Assembly (NCBI RefSeq): GCF_946998875.1
Contig: NZ_CAMQAY010000001.1
Span: 106,614 to 170,613 of the forward strand
Origin: an uncultured Peptoniphilus sp.
GTDB lineage: Bacteria > Bacillota > Clostridia > Tissierellales > Peptoniphilaceae
Reading direction: 5' to 3'
DNA: 64,000 nt
The translations under genes were made by a program, and so were the position numbers. A model generated the notes under the pieces. It saw only the letters and a list, made by a program, of their open reading frames with translations, was not told where the DNA came from and ran no database searches. Positions 20,856-30,593 of this stretch are shown in pieces; the first letter of the stretch is position 1, and each line of letters opens with the position of its first letter.

Positions 20856-21761
20856 ATGAAATTAAATGAACATGAACTCGTCGATAGATATATTTATTAT
20901 TTGCAAAGATACATTCCCTATGACAAGCAAAAGGATGCTAGGGATGATTTTTTAGAAATTTTGAAAGATAGACTTCCCGAAATTTATAGGGAAGATGACA
21001 TAAAAAAAGAATTAAATAAAATGGGTAATCCCTACGAATTTGCCAGTGCCTATACTGAAGGCGGAAACTTTCTTTTAAGTGGCAAAAATTATGAAATTTT
21101 TATCGCTTTTTTGAAGATGCTTTCTCTTTCAGCCCTAATTGGAATAATTTTATTTATTATTAATTACTTCACGAGGTTTATCAGTGCAAATTTATTTGAC
21201 CTACTAAAGACTCTAGTCATTAGCATTTTTGTCTTGAGTCTACTGCCTTCATGGATTTGTGAAAAAATCAAGACTACAAAAATTTTAAAGGCACTTAGAG
21301 AGGATTGGGACATAGATAATCTTTACGAGAATAAGGATTTTAAAATTGAAAAGTATGAAGTTGCGCTACATCTAGTGACTTTTTCAATGTATTTTATGCT
21401 TCAGACTTATATAATCACTGCCAGCATAAATATTTCCATTGTCACTTACACCTTTATAATGTTTTTATTTTTTATAAATGTGCTTAGCGACAATTTAAAA
21501 CTTTCAGAAAACACCCTTGTCTCTAAGGTAATGTATCTGGAATATTTTGTGGATATTTTTACAATAATTAGCTTTGTTTTCATGACTAATTATTTTATTC
21601 CAAAGGTATTTATCATAAAGATTTTAATTCTATGCAGCGGTCTAAATTTACTTTTAAATACTTACAATATTTCTAAAAGCAAAAATATTTTGCTATCGCG
21701 AAAAAAGAGAAAGAAAAATAAATACAAGAGAAGAAATAAAAAAGACAGAGAAAACTTTTAA
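20856..21761 (+). CDS. membrane protein, DUF1700-like N-terminal domain with polybasic C-tail
   Basis: N-terminal ELVDRYIYYLQRYIPYDKQKDARDDFLEIL resembles DUF1700 sensors. Four or more TM helices. C-terminal RKKRKKNKYKRRNKK. Confidence 0.5.
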   Translation: MKLNEHELVDRYIYYLQRYIPYDKQKDARDDFLEILKDRLPEIYREDDIKKELNKMGNPYEFASAYTEGGNFLLSGKNYEIFIAFLKMLSLSALIGIILFIINYFTRFISANLFDLLKTLVISIFVLSLLPSWICEKIKTTKILKALREDWDIDNLYENKDFKIEKYEVALHLVTFSMYFMLQTYIITASINISIVTYTFIMFLFFINVLSDNLKLSENTLVSKVMYLEYFVDIFTIISFVFMTNYFIPKVFIIKILILCSGLNLLLNTYNISKSKNILLSRKKRKKNKYKRRNKKDRENF

Positions 21762-21793
21762 AGTCTCCCTGTCTTTTTTTCGTTAAATAAATA

Positions 21794-22033
21794 TTATGCT
21801 AGATTTTCCTTTAAATATTTAATAATGTCCAGTGATTCGTAAAGTGGCTTGTCGCCAATAAATAGACATGGCACTTGTTTTTTGCCACCCTTTTCAATTA
21901 AATATTCACGAGCTTCTTTGTCCTTGTCGATATTTTTTATTTCTACAGAGTCAATGCCCTTATCTTCCATAAAGGATTCAACTTTTTTACAAAATGGGCA
22001 AGTAGTTCCTACATAAAGTGTTAATTTTTCCAT
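21794..22033 (-). CDS. glutaredoxin-like protein (NrdH/YruB type)
   Basis: 79 aa MEKLTLYVGTTCPFCKK... with CPFC redox motif. ATG at 22033 after GGAGGG. The track ORF upstream extension is spurious. Confidence 0.8.
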   Translation of the reverse strand: MEKLTLYVGTTCPFCKKVESFMEDKGIDSVEIKNIDKDKEAREYLIEKGGKKQVPCLFIGDKPLYESLDIIKYLKENLA

Positions 22034-22139
22034 AATATCCCTCCAAAATAGATTTACCCAATTAATGGCAAAGAAAACAAGGGCAGTATTTAAAAAACAG
22101 CCATTTTTTGATATAATAACATAGATTCGAGGTGATATT

Positions 22140-22604
22140 GTGGGATTTTTTGACAGTCTCGATGGCAATGTAGATGAAATTATGGAAAATTTAAATTATT
22201 TGAAGAAAAAAATCGTTAGTGAGTCACAGGAAATTAAGAAGATGGCAAGGCTAAAGTACGAAATTTTGAATGAAGATAGAAAATTATCTGAACTTTTTGA
22301 AGCTCTTGGTCGCCATGAGTATAGTCTTTTAAAGGGCATTCAGTCAGATCTTGATGTTGATGAGACCTTAAGAGAAATTGAAAGGCACAGTGCAAGGATC
22401 TCTTCTCTAAAAATGGGTCTTGATACAAAGGATAGTTCTAGTCTTATTTTTACAAGTGATTCTAAAAAAGATTTGGATAAAAATTTAGGCGAAGATAACT
22501 TTTCTGGTCTTTTCATGGAAAAAGCTTCTGGAAAAGAAAATAATTTAAAGAAAGATGAAGGCTCCATAATTTTTATAGAAGAAGATGAAGATGAAAGTAA
22601 ATAA
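22140..22604 (+). CDS. hypothetical coiled-coil protein with acidic C-terminus
   Basis: 154 aa. GTG start after GAGGTGA. No recognisable domain. 3' end overlaps the next CDS by 20 nt. Confidence 0.45.
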   Translation: MGFFDSLDGNVDEIMENLNYLKKKIVSESQEIKKMARLKYEILNEDRKLSELFEALGRHEYSLLKGIQSDLDVDETLREIERHSARISSLKMGLDTKDSSSLIFTSDSKKDLDKNLGEDNFSGLFMEKASGKENNLKKDEGSIIFIEEDEDESK

Positions 22605-23361
22605 AAATTTTATTGATATAGATGGAATAAAAACTGCATATATAAAGAGAGAGGGCGGCGAAAAAGTTGCTGTCATTCTCCACGGCTGGGGCGCATATAT
22701 TGAATCAATTATGCCGATTTTTAATGCCATACCAGAATCCTATACAGTTTATGCCTATGATGGACCAGGCTTTGGCGACTCTGAAAACCCAAAAGAAGTC
22801 ATGGGGACCTACGATTATTATGAATTTCTCTTAAAATTTTTGGATAAGTTTAATATAAAAAGGGCGACCTTTATCGGTCACTCCTTTGGTGGCAAGACAT
22901 TAACTATTTTAGGTGCCAGAAATAAGGACTTAATAGACAAGCTTGTAATAATTGATGCATCGGGAGTTCTTCCCAAGAGAAAGCTTTCTTATTACACCAA
23001 GGTCTACTCCTTTAAGGCGGCAAAAAAATTATATATGCTTACTCATGGGGGTAATGAGAAAGCCTTGGAAAAGTTTTACAAAAATCACGGCTCTGACGAT
23101 TATCAGGCAGCAGATGGAATTATGCGCAAGTGCTTTGTAAAAGTTGTAAATGAATCAACGAGAGAAGAGTTTAAAAATATTGAGGCAGAGACCCTTCTCA
23201 TTTGGGGAGATAAGGACGAGGCAACGCCACTTTACATGGCAAAGATTTTTGAAGAAGAGATAAAAAATTCTGGACTTGTGGTCTTAGAAGATGCAGGTCA
23301 CTATTCTTACCTAGACAAGTTTTCGCAATTTAGCGCAGTTATTAATTCATTTTTAGATTAG
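22585..23361 (+). CDS. alpha/beta-fold hydrolase
   Basis: HGWG oxyanion region, GHSFGG nucleophile elbow and C-terminal DAGH. Confidence 0.8.
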   Translation: MKMKVNKNFIDIDGIKTAYIKREGGEKVAVILHGWGAYIESIMPIFNAIPESYTVYAYDGPGFGDSENPKEVMGTYDYYEFLLKFLDKFNIKRATFIGHSFGGKTLTILGARNKDLIDKLVIIDASGVLPKRKLSYYTKVYSFKAAKKLYMLTHGGNEKALEKFYKNHGSDDYQAADGIMRKCFVKVVNESTREEFKNIEAETLLIWGDKDEATPLYMAKIFEEEIKNSGLVVLEDAGHYSYLDKFSQFSAVINSFLD

Positions 23362-23370
23362 GAGATTTAC

Positions 23371-24924
23371 ATGGAATATTTTTTGGCGAGATTACCAATT
23401 TACTTAATAGATTTTGTAGTTATTTGCCTGGCACTATATTATTCCCTAATTAGGAGCAATTTTCCAATTCATATGCTTCAATTAGAGGGCTACGACAATG
23501 ATGAATACAAAATATTTTTAAAAAACAACAAGGAAAAGATGAATAAGTTAGTCTATAAGCTTGAGAAAAATCAAAAGACTCCCATAGTTTGGACTGACAG
23601 GGCAAAGAGACTTTTAAATAAGCACAAAAGAGTAAATGACATTACTTTTATAATTATAGTAATTATTTCACTGGTCCTATTTGATATGACAAAGTCTTAT
23701 GTCATTTCAGGTCTTGCGACAATCATCCTTTCCTTTTTGACATATTTTTTCCAATATAGACTTTTGATTTTGTCTAATAAGTGGGCAAAGCCTACTGAAG
23801 ATAAAATAAATATGGGCTTTTATACTTCTGCCCAAGAAAAAATAAAAAAATTTAAAAAAGAAAAGGGCTTAAAGGTCCTTGGCATAACGGGTTCCTTTGG
23901 AAAGACTTCTGTAAAATTTATTTCTGACACAATTTTATCTGAGGGACTAAGGGTTAAGAACACACCATCTTCTTTTAACACACCTATGGGCCTTTCAAAG
24001 ATTATAAATAACGAGCTTGAAAGTGACAGACAAGTTTTTATTGCAGAGCTTGGCGCCAAGCTGCCAGGAGAAATTCACGAAGTGGCACAGCTTGTCCAAC
24101 CAGACATTGGCATAATAACAGCTATTGGACCAACTCACATGCACCTCTTTAAGACTATTGAAAACATTCAAAAGACTAAGTACGAGTTAATCGAGGACTT
24201 GCCTGAAGATGGAATTGCAATTTTTAACTACGACAACGACTATGTAAAGTCCCTTGCAGACAAGACTAAAAAGAAAACTTACAGGTACGGCACAAAGGAT
24301 TTTGACAAGCTAGATGTCTACGCCCATGAAATAAAAGTAAATGAGGAAGGCTCCGAATTTACCCTACACATTAAAGATGTGGGAGAAATAAAATGCGAAA
24401 CTAGGCTTCTTGGAGTCCACAATATTTCAAACCTACTTGCGGCGGCAACAGCAGCTCATGTCCTTGGACTTAGCCTAAAAGAAATTCAAAGGGGCATAAA
24501 AAAAGTTGAGCCAGTGGAACACAGGCTTTCACTTATACCATCAAGTAATGGCACAATAATAATTGATGATGCCTTTAATTCAAATCCAGTAGGCTTTAGG
24601 GCAGCTCTTGATGTACTAAGAGAGTTTAAGGACCACAGAAAAATTATTATTACACCAGGCATGGTTGAACTTGGCGACATGGAAGAAGAAGAAAATAGAA
24701 AAATAGGCGAAGTCATGGCAGATGTCATAGATTTTCCAATTTTAGTTGGAAAAAAGAGAACTATGCCAATTTACCAGGGCTTAAAAAATAAAAATTTTAA
24801 TGAAGATAATATTTATAGAGTGTCTTCACTAGCAGAAGCTACTGAAGTTTTAGCAAAGATTTCCTTGCCGGGAGATGTCGTTCTCTTTGAAAATGACCTA
24901 CCTGACAACTACAATGAGGAGTGA
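23371..24924 (+). CDS. murF: UDP-MurNAc-tripeptide--D-Ala-D-Ala ligase (MurF) with a 3-TM N-terminal membrane region replacing the canonical N-domain
   Basis: GITGSFGKTSVKFISDTIL, AELGA...GEI...GIAIFNYDN and IIIDDAFNSNP align to MurF central and C-terminal domains. The first 170 aa instead contain three hydrophobic helices. Confidence 0.75.
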   Translation: MEYFLARLPIYLIDFVVICLALYYSLIRSNFPIHMLQLEGYDNDEYKIFLKNNKEKMNKLVYKLEKNQKTPIVWTDRAKRLLNKHKRVNDITFIIIVIISLVLFDMTKSYVISGLATIILSFLTYFFQYRLLILSNKWAKPTEDKINMGFYTSAQEKIKKFKKEKGLKVLGITGSFGKTSVKFISDTILSEGLRVKNTPSSFNTPMGLSKIINNELESDRQVFIAELGAKLPGEIHEVAQLVQPDIGIITAIGPTHMHLFKTIENIQKTKYELIEDLPEDGIAIFNYDNDYVKSLADKTKKKTYRYGTKDFDKLDVYAHEIKVNEEGSEFTLHIKDVGEIKCETRLLGVHNISNLLAAATAAHVLGLSLKEIQRGIKKVEPVEHRLSLIPSSNGTIIIDDAFNSNPVGFRAALDVLREFKDHRKIIITPGMVELGDMEEEENRKIGEVMADVIDFPILVGKKRTMPIYQGLKNKNFNEDNIYRVSSLAEATEVLAKISLPGDVVLFENDLPDNYNEE

Positions 24925-24928
24925 AAAA

Positions 24929-26101
24929 ATGGAAAATATAGGAGTAATCTTCGGAGGCAGATCCGTTGAACACGAAGTTTCTGTTATAACAGGAATGCAA
25001 ATTATTGAAAATATGGATAAGACTAAGTACAATCCTATTCCAATTTATATTACAAAGAGCGGCAAATTTCTATCTGGCGAAAGTTTAAAAAACTTTAAAG
25101 CCTACAAGAACCAGGACTTTCATGATGGAGTTGAAGTTTTCTTTAAGCCAATTTATGGCGACAGAAATCTTTACTGCGTGAAACACAATGACAAGAAATT
25201 ATTTAAGGCAGAATATGATTCTGTAGAAGTTTACCAAAAAATTGACGCAATATTTTTTGCCCTTCATGGAACATTTGGCGAAGATGGATGTACTCAAGGA
25301 CTTTTTGAACTTATGGGCATGCCTTACACTGGCTGTGGCGTAATGTCTGCTGCTGTGGGAATGGACAAGGTTGTAATGAGAAAAGTTTTTGAATCAGAAA
25401 ATATTCCCATGACAAAATACAAGTATTTTTACAAAGATGAGCTCAAAAATTTACAAAATATTGTTGAAAAGTGCAAGGATTTGAAATATCCTCTATTTGT
25501 AAAGCCAGCAAATTTAGGTTCCTCTATTGGAATTTCAAGAGTGGAAAATGCTCTTGACCTTTCAAAGGCTCTTGAAGTTGCTGCCCATTACGACAGAAAA
25601 TTAATCGTGGAAGAAGCAGTGGTAAACCCAAGAGAAATAAATGTGGCAGTCCTAGGTTATGAAGATGATTTAAAAGTTTCTGCAGCAGAAGAACCTCTTG
25701 GCTTTAAAGATCTTTTAAAGTATGAAGACAAGTATGTTTCTGGCTCAAAGGGAGCAAAATCTTCACAAAAGCATCAAAACAAAAAGCTTCCAGCTGAGCT
25801 CACACCAGAACTTGAAAAAGAAATTAAGGACCTTGCTAAGAAAAGTTTTAGGGCAATTGACGGAGCAGGCGTTGCAAGAATTGACTTTTTAGTTGACGGC
25901 GATGTGGCTTATGTAAATGAAATCAACACACTTCCAGGTTCCATTGCCTTTTACCTCTATGAAGTTGAGGGCTTAAAGATTAAGGATTTAATCACAAGAT
26001 TAATTGAACTTGGTCATGAAAGATACAGCGAAAGGGCAGAAAACAGCTATTCCATCGATTCAAACTTATTTAATATGACAAGTTATGGAGCAAAGATTTA
26101 A
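24929..26101 (+). CDS. ddl: D-alanine--D-alanine ligase (long form)
   Basis: IGVIFGGRSVEHEVS N-terminus and ATP-grasp core with C-terminal YVNEINTLPG. ATG at 24929 after GAGGAG. Lys-rich insert SGSKGAKSSQKHQNKK. Confidence 0.88.
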   Translation: MENIGVIFGGRSVEHEVSVITGMQIIENMDKTKYNPIPIYITKSGKFLSGESLKNFKAYKNQDFHDGVEVFFKPIYGDRNLYCVKHNDKKLFKAEYDSVEVYQKIDAIFFALHGTFGEDGCTQGLFELMGMPYTGCGVMSAAVGMDKVVMRKVFESENIPMTKYKYFYKDELKNLQNIVEKCKDLKYPLFVKPANLGSSIGISRVENALDLSKALEVAAHYDRKLIVEEAVVNPREINVAVLGYEDDLKVSAAEEPLGFKDLLKYEDKYVSGSKGAKSSQKHQNKKLPAELTPELEKEIKDLAKKSFRAIDGAGVARIDFLVDGDVAYVNEINTLPGSIAFYLYEVEGLKIKDLITRLIELGHERYSERAENSYSIDSNLFNMTSYGAKI

Positions 26102-28203
26102 TGATTAGAGAAAAGATTTTAGAAATTATCGAAAAGACAACACCTAGGTCAAAAGAGGAACTCCTTAAATTATTTAAAATTAAAAATAAAGAGAAGAAGC
26201 AGTTTTTGAAAATAATTGAAGAACTAGAAAATGAGGGACTTATTTTTGAAGACAACAGAAAAAAATATAGATTTGTAGACAATGACAAATTCTTTTATGG
26301 AAAGCTTCAAACAAATGCCAAGGGTTTTGGATTTTTGATTACTGAAAATCTTGACGAAGACATTTATATATCAAAAAATAATTTAAACTTCGCACTAAAT
26401 GGCGACCAGGTCATTGTGAGAAGATATAAAGATTCCTTTGGCGACAAGCCTGAGGGAAAGGTCCTTGCCATAGTAAAGAGGGTGAACACAAAATTTGTGG
26501 GCATCTTTCAAGACAAGAGAGACTTCGGTTTTGTAATCACTGACGAGAGCAAAATGGCAATGGACATCTACATTCCAAAGAAAAAAATTAATGGAGCAAG
26601 AAATGGTCAAAAGGTAGTCGTAAAAATCGAGAAGTGGCCAGAGGCAAATAAAAAACCAGAAGGACGCGTCCTAGAAATTTTAGGTTATCCTGATGATCCT
26701 CATGTGGACATAATGTCTGTGGCAGCAGGTCTTGACCTTCCCATGGAATTTAACAGGGCAGCCCTAGCTGAGGCAAAGAGCCTGCCACAAGAGGTTTCTG
26801 CTGATGATATAAAGGGAAGGCGGGACTTTAGAGAGTTACTTACTTTTACTATTGATGGGGCAGATTCAAAGGACTTTGACGATGCCGTTTCTCTTGAAAT
26901 TTCTAAGAAGGGCAATTACCTTTTAGGCGTTCACATTGCCGATGTGGCTCACTATGTAGAAGAGTTTGGCGCCCTTGACGAGGAGGCTTTCAAGAGGGGC
27001 AACTCAGTCTATTTGTTAAACAAGGTAATACCAATGCTACCCTTTGAACTTTCCAATGGCATATGCTCCCTTAATGAGGGCGTAGATAGGCTTACCCTAT
27101 CAGTTATGGCAGAGATAAATAAAGAGGGCGATGTGGTAAATTATGACATCTGTGAATCTGTTATAAATTCAAGTAAAAGGCTTGTCTATGAAAATGTGTC
27201 TGACTACTTGGAAAAGGGAATTCATCACGAATCTATAGTGGGGCTGGAAAAAACTTTAGACAAGATGTATGAACTCTCAAAAATTTTGCAAAAGAAGAGA
27301 GAAGAGGGCGGCGCCATTGACTTTGACATACCAGAAGTTGTAATTGAAGTTGACGATAAAGGTTGGCCACAAAATATTCACAAGAGAGATAGAAGGTCAG
27401 CCAACAAACTCATTGAAGACTTTATGCTTACAGCCAATGTCTGCGTGGCAAGGGAATATTTTTTCAAACACATTTCTTTCTTATATAGAATCCACGAAAG
27501 ACCTAAGGAAGAAAAAATTTCTGAACTTAATACCTACCTAAGACCTCTTGGTTACATGATAAATTTCGATGAAAAAGTTCAGCCAAAAGATGTACAAAAG
27601 GTTCTTGAAAAGGCAAAGGGCTCTAAGGAAGAGATGTTTATCTCGACTATGACCCTTCGCTCCATGACAAAGGCAAGGTATTCTGAAATAAATGACATTC
27701 ACTTTGGTCTAGCCTTTGATTATTATTCACATTTCACTTCTCCCATAAGAAGATATGCAGATTTGACAATTCACAGAATTATAAAGAAATACCTAAAGGG
27801 CAAACTTTCTGGCGGCGAAATAAAAAATTTAAAGACCATCTTGCCAGAAATTGCAGAGCAAGTATCAAGGACAGAAAAAATTGCTCAAGATGCAGAAAGA
27901 CAAGTAGATGACATAAAAATGGCAGAATACATGTCAGAGCGCCTTGGAGAAAGATACAATGGTAGAGTCTCTAGCATTACAAGTTTTGGAATTTTTGTGG
28001 AACTAGACAACTTAATCGAAGGTCTTGTAAGCTACAGGTCCATGGATGGCTACTACGAATTTGACCTGGACCACTACAAGGCTGTGGACTATGATACAAA
28101 AAATGAATTTCACATAGGCGACCAAGTAGAGATTGAAGTTGTAAGTGTGGACTTAAATATGGGAAATATTGATTTTAAATTAGTAGGTGATGAAGATGAG
28201 TAA
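26101..28203 (+). CDS. rnr: ribonuclease R
   Basis: 700 aa with cold-shock/OB N-terminus, RNB domain (HFGLAFDYYSHFTSPIRRYADL) and C-terminal S1. Start overlaps the ddl stop (TAATG). Confidence 0.9.
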   Translation: MIREKILEIIEKTTPRSKEELLKLFKIKNKEKKQFLKIIEELENEGLIFEDNRKKYRFVDNDKFFYGKLQTNAKGFGFLITENLDEDIYISKNNLNFALNGDQVIVRRYKDSFGDKPEGKVLAIVKRVNTKFVGIFQDKRDFGFVITDESKMAMDIYIPKKKINGARNGQKVVVKIEKWPEANKKPEGRVLEILGYPDDPHVDIMSVAAGLDLPMEFNRAALAEAKSLPQEVSADDIKGRRDFRELLTFTIDGADSKDFDDAVSLEISKKGNYLLGVHIADVAHYVEEFGALDEEAFKRGNSVYLLNKVIPMLPFELSNGICSLNEGVDRLTLSVMAEINKEGDVVNYDICESVINSSKRLVYENVSDYLEKGIHHESIVGLEKTLDKMYELSKILQKKREEGGAIDFDIPEVVIEVDDKGWPQNIHKRDRRSANKLIEDFMLTANVCVAREYFFKHISFLYRIHERPKEEKISELNTYLRPLGYMINFDEKVQPKDVQKVLEKAKGSKEEMFISTMTLRSMTKARYSEINDIHFGLAFDYYSHFTSPIRRYADLTIHRIIKKYLKGKLSGGEIKNLKTILPEIAEQVSRTEKIAQDAERQVDDIKMAEYMSERLGERYNGRVSSITSFGIFVELDNLIEGLVSYRSMDGYYEFDLDHYKAVDYDTKNEFHIGDQVEIEVVSVDLNMGNIDFKLVGDEDE

Positions 28204-28651
28204 AGAAAAAGATAGTGCAATTGCAAATAACAAAAAGGCAAGCCATCTTTATTTTATCGAGGACACTTATGAAGCTGGCATAGAACTTTTTGGTACAGAA
28301 GTAAAGTCAATTAGAGCAGGGCAGGTTAACATAAAAGATTCCTACTGCGACATAAATAAGGGAGAAATTTTTGTCTATGGCATGCACATTTCTCCCTACG
28401 AGCAGGGAAATATATATAATGTTGACCCCATGAGGAAGAGAAAATTATTGATGCATAAAAATGAAATTTTCCGTTTGGAAAAAGTTAAGACCCAAGAAGG
28501 CTACACAATTATTCCCCTAAAGGTTTATCTATCTCGTGGAAAGGTAAAGGTCTTAATTGCCAAGGCAAAGGGTAAAAAACTTTGGGACAAGAGAGAGACT
28601 ATGAAGAAAAAAGAAGTGGACAAAAAACTTCGCCAAGCTACAATGTATTAA
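28196..28651 (+). CDS. smpB: SsrA-binding protein SmpB
   Basis: IANNKKASHLYFIEDTYEAGIEL...C-terminal basic tail. ATG at 28196 (track ORF starts 9 nt earlier). Confidence 0.9.
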   Translation: MSKEKDSAIANNKKASHLYFIEDTYEAGIELFGTEVKSIRAGQVNIKDSYCDINKGEIFVYGMHISPYEQGNIYNVDPMRKRKLLMHKNEIFRLEKVKTQEGYTIIPLKVYLSRGKVKVLIAKAKGKKLWDKRETMKKKEVDKKLRQATMY

Positions 28652-28677
28652 AATTTTTAAAATATAAAATTATTCGA

Positions 28678-28706
28678 AGAACGCTCAGTCAAGGGCGTTT
28701 TTATTT
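28678..28706 (+). terminator. terminator, copy A of the duplicated hairpin AGAACGCTCAGTCAAGGGCGTTTTT
   Basis: AACGC-tcagtcaag-GGCGTT stem with T-run. Identical core recurs at 29808. Confidence 0.7.
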
Positions 28707-28800
28707 TGTATTTAAAATCAAAGGAATTTTATTGACATAGCAAAACAATGATGATAAAATTCTATTTAGACAATAATCTAAATAGAAAGGGGTTTTAATT

Positions 28801-29403
28801 GTGAAAAAATTCTTAAAATTATTTTTGCTAGGAATGATATGTTTTGTATTGTCACAGCTATGCCTTCGATTACCTCTTTTGAAATTATTAAACAACAACT
28901 TATGGCTCAACAACTTTCAGAGTCTTTATCCATTATTATATGGATTTTTAATCACCCTGAGTGCTGGACTTTTTGAAGAGGGTGGAAGATTTATTTTTAA
29001 GGATAAGTTTTTAAAAGAAAGTAATAGCAAGTCAGATGCAATTATTTTTGGGTTAGGTCATGGACTTATAGAAGTAATATTTGTTCTTATTGTGAGTTCT
29101 AGCAGTCTAAACCTAATGACTAGGTCTGATATTTTTTTAGGATTATATGAAAGATTGTTAGCGGTGATTTTTCATATTGGTATGACTTTATTAATATGGC
29201 TTGGATTTAATAGAATGGAAAAATACAGATATTTAATTCTAGCGATTTTTTTACATGGTTTTTTTGATTATTTTATAGTTTTAAAGAATATTTTTGGATT
29301 TAGTAATTTGATTTTGTACGGAAGTTGGACTTTGCTTTGTATATTTATCTTAATTTTCATTTTTAAAATTAATTTAGGAGGGAATAGAAATGAAAAAATT
29401 TAA
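28801..29403 (+). CDS. polytopic membrane protein, YhfC/CPBP-like intramembrane metalloprotease family (tentative)
   Basis: 6 TM. FEEGGRF, GLGHG and HGFFD motifs resemble CPBP/YhfC motif sets. GTG start. Confidence 0.5.
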   Translation: MKKFLKLFLLGMICFVLSQLCLRLPLLKLLNNNLWLNNFQSLYPLLYGFLITLSAGLFEEGGRFIFKDKFLKESNSKSDAIIFGLGHGLIEVIFVLIVSSSSLNLMTRSDIFLGLYERLLAVIFHIGMTLLIWLGFNRMEKYRYLILAIFLHGFFDYFIVLKNIFGFSNLILYGSWTLLCIFILIFIFKINLGGNRNEKI

Positions 29404-29791
29404 AATTTTAACTTTAACAGCTATTGTTTTACTTTTGGTTGCCTGCGGTTCTAAGACTAAAAAAATGTCAGATGAGGATTTTAATAAGTATCAAAAAAAA
29501 TCTCAAGCTGCCATAAGTTTAGTCAATGAGAGAAAAACAGATGAATTTATTGATTTAACAGAGAAATCACTGGGATTTAAAAAAGAAATTTTGGAAGAAG
29601 CCTATAAAAATCTTGATGAAAATGGGAAATTTGTAGAATTCGGTGATGCTAAGGGGATCTATGAAGAGGATAAAAATTCAGGAACAATTTATTCTACTAT
29701 CTTACAAAAGGTCAAGTATGAAAAGAAGGATGTCCTTTTTAGGGTAAGTTTTAATAAGGATGATAAAATAGTTGGAATATTTTTCAAGTAA
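29390..29791 (+). CDS. small lipoprotein of unknown function
   Basis: MKKFKILTLTAIVLLLVAC lipobox. 133 aa. Overlaps the upstream CDS by 14 nt. Confidence 0.65.
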   Translation: MKKFKILTLTAIVLLLVACGSKTKKMSDEDFNKYQKKSQAAISLVNERKTDEFIDLTEKSLGFKKEILEEAYKNLDENGKFVEFGDAKGIYEEDKNSGTIYSTILQKVKYEKKDVLFRVSFNKDDKIVGIFFK

Positions 29792-29807
29792 ATGTAATAA
29801 AATTAGT

Positions 29808-29840
29808 TAAAGAACGCTCAGTCAAGGGCGTTTTTTTAAA
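29808..29840 (+). terminator. terminator, copy B of the duplicated hairpin
   Basis: AGAACGCTCAGTCAAGGGCGTTTTTTT, the same 27-nt core as at 28678. Confidence 0.7.
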
Positions 29841-29884
29841 TGTTAAAATAGTTAGATTTTGATATAATAGCATCAGGTGATATT

Positions 29885-30586
29885 ATGTCTTTTATTGAAG
29901 TTAAAAATCTTTCCAAGGTCTACAACATTGGCGAGAGATCTGTAATGGCTAATGATAAATTAAATTTTGAAATAGAAAAAAATGAATTTGCAATAATTCT
30001 AGGCGCGTCTGGTGCTGGCAAGTCAACTTTTTTAAATATTCTTGGCGGCATGGACACTGCTTCTGGTGGCGAACTCTTAGTGGATGGCAAAAACATTGCC
30101 TCCTTTAGCGAGAAAGAACTGACAGATTACAGAAGGTATGACATGGGCTTTGTCTTTCAATTTTACAATCTCATACCAAACTTGACGGCTCTTGAAAATG
30201 TAGAGCTTGCCACACAAATTGTAAAAAAGGCAAAGGACCCAGTGGAGGTTTTAAAATCTGTAGGACTTGGCGAGAGAATGGACAACTTTCCATCACAATT
30301 ATCTGGTGGAGAACAGCAGAGAGTTTCCATTGCTCGTGCAATTGCAAAGAATCCTAAGCTTCTCCTTTGCGATGAACCTACGGGAGCTCTTGACTATCAC
30401 ACAGGCAAGCAAATTTTAAAACTCTTGCAAGATTTAACTAGGACTACAGACACTACAGTAGTTTTAATTACCCACAATTCTGCAATAAAAAATTCTGCAG
30501 ATAGATTAATTGAAATTTCTGATGCCAAAGTTAAGGATATTATTATAAATAAAAACCCAAGGGATATTATGGAAATAGAATGGTAG
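29885..30586 (+). CDS. ABC transporter ATP-binding protein (MacB/FtsE-like)
   Basis: Walker [10 protein letters not shown], signature LSGGEQQR and Walker [13 protein letters not shown]. Confidence 0.9.
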   Translation: MSFIEVKNLSKVYNIGERSVMANDKLNFEIEKNEFAIILGASGAGKSTFLNILGGMDTASGGELLVDGKNIASFSEKELTDYRRYDMGFVFQFYNLIPNLTALENVELATQIVKKAKDPVEVLKSVGLGERMDNFPSQLSGGEQQRVSIARAIAKNPKLLLCDEPTGALDYHTGKQILKLLQDLTRTTDTTVVLITHNSAIKNSADRLIEISDAKVKDIIINKNPRDIMEIEW

Positions 30587-30593
30587 GTGCAGG

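Noticed and set aside
21733-21776. Strong intrinsic terminator between the DUF1700-like gene and glutaredoxin
   Set aside because: Only a weak 5-bp GACAG/CTGTC stem with a long loop precedes the T8 run. Kept out of the feature list.
28652-28800. Possible ssrA (tmRNA) gene downstream of smpB
   Set aside because: Only about 150 nt of AT-rich spacer containing a terminator. No tRNA-like acceptor or T-arm sequence and far too short for tmRNA.
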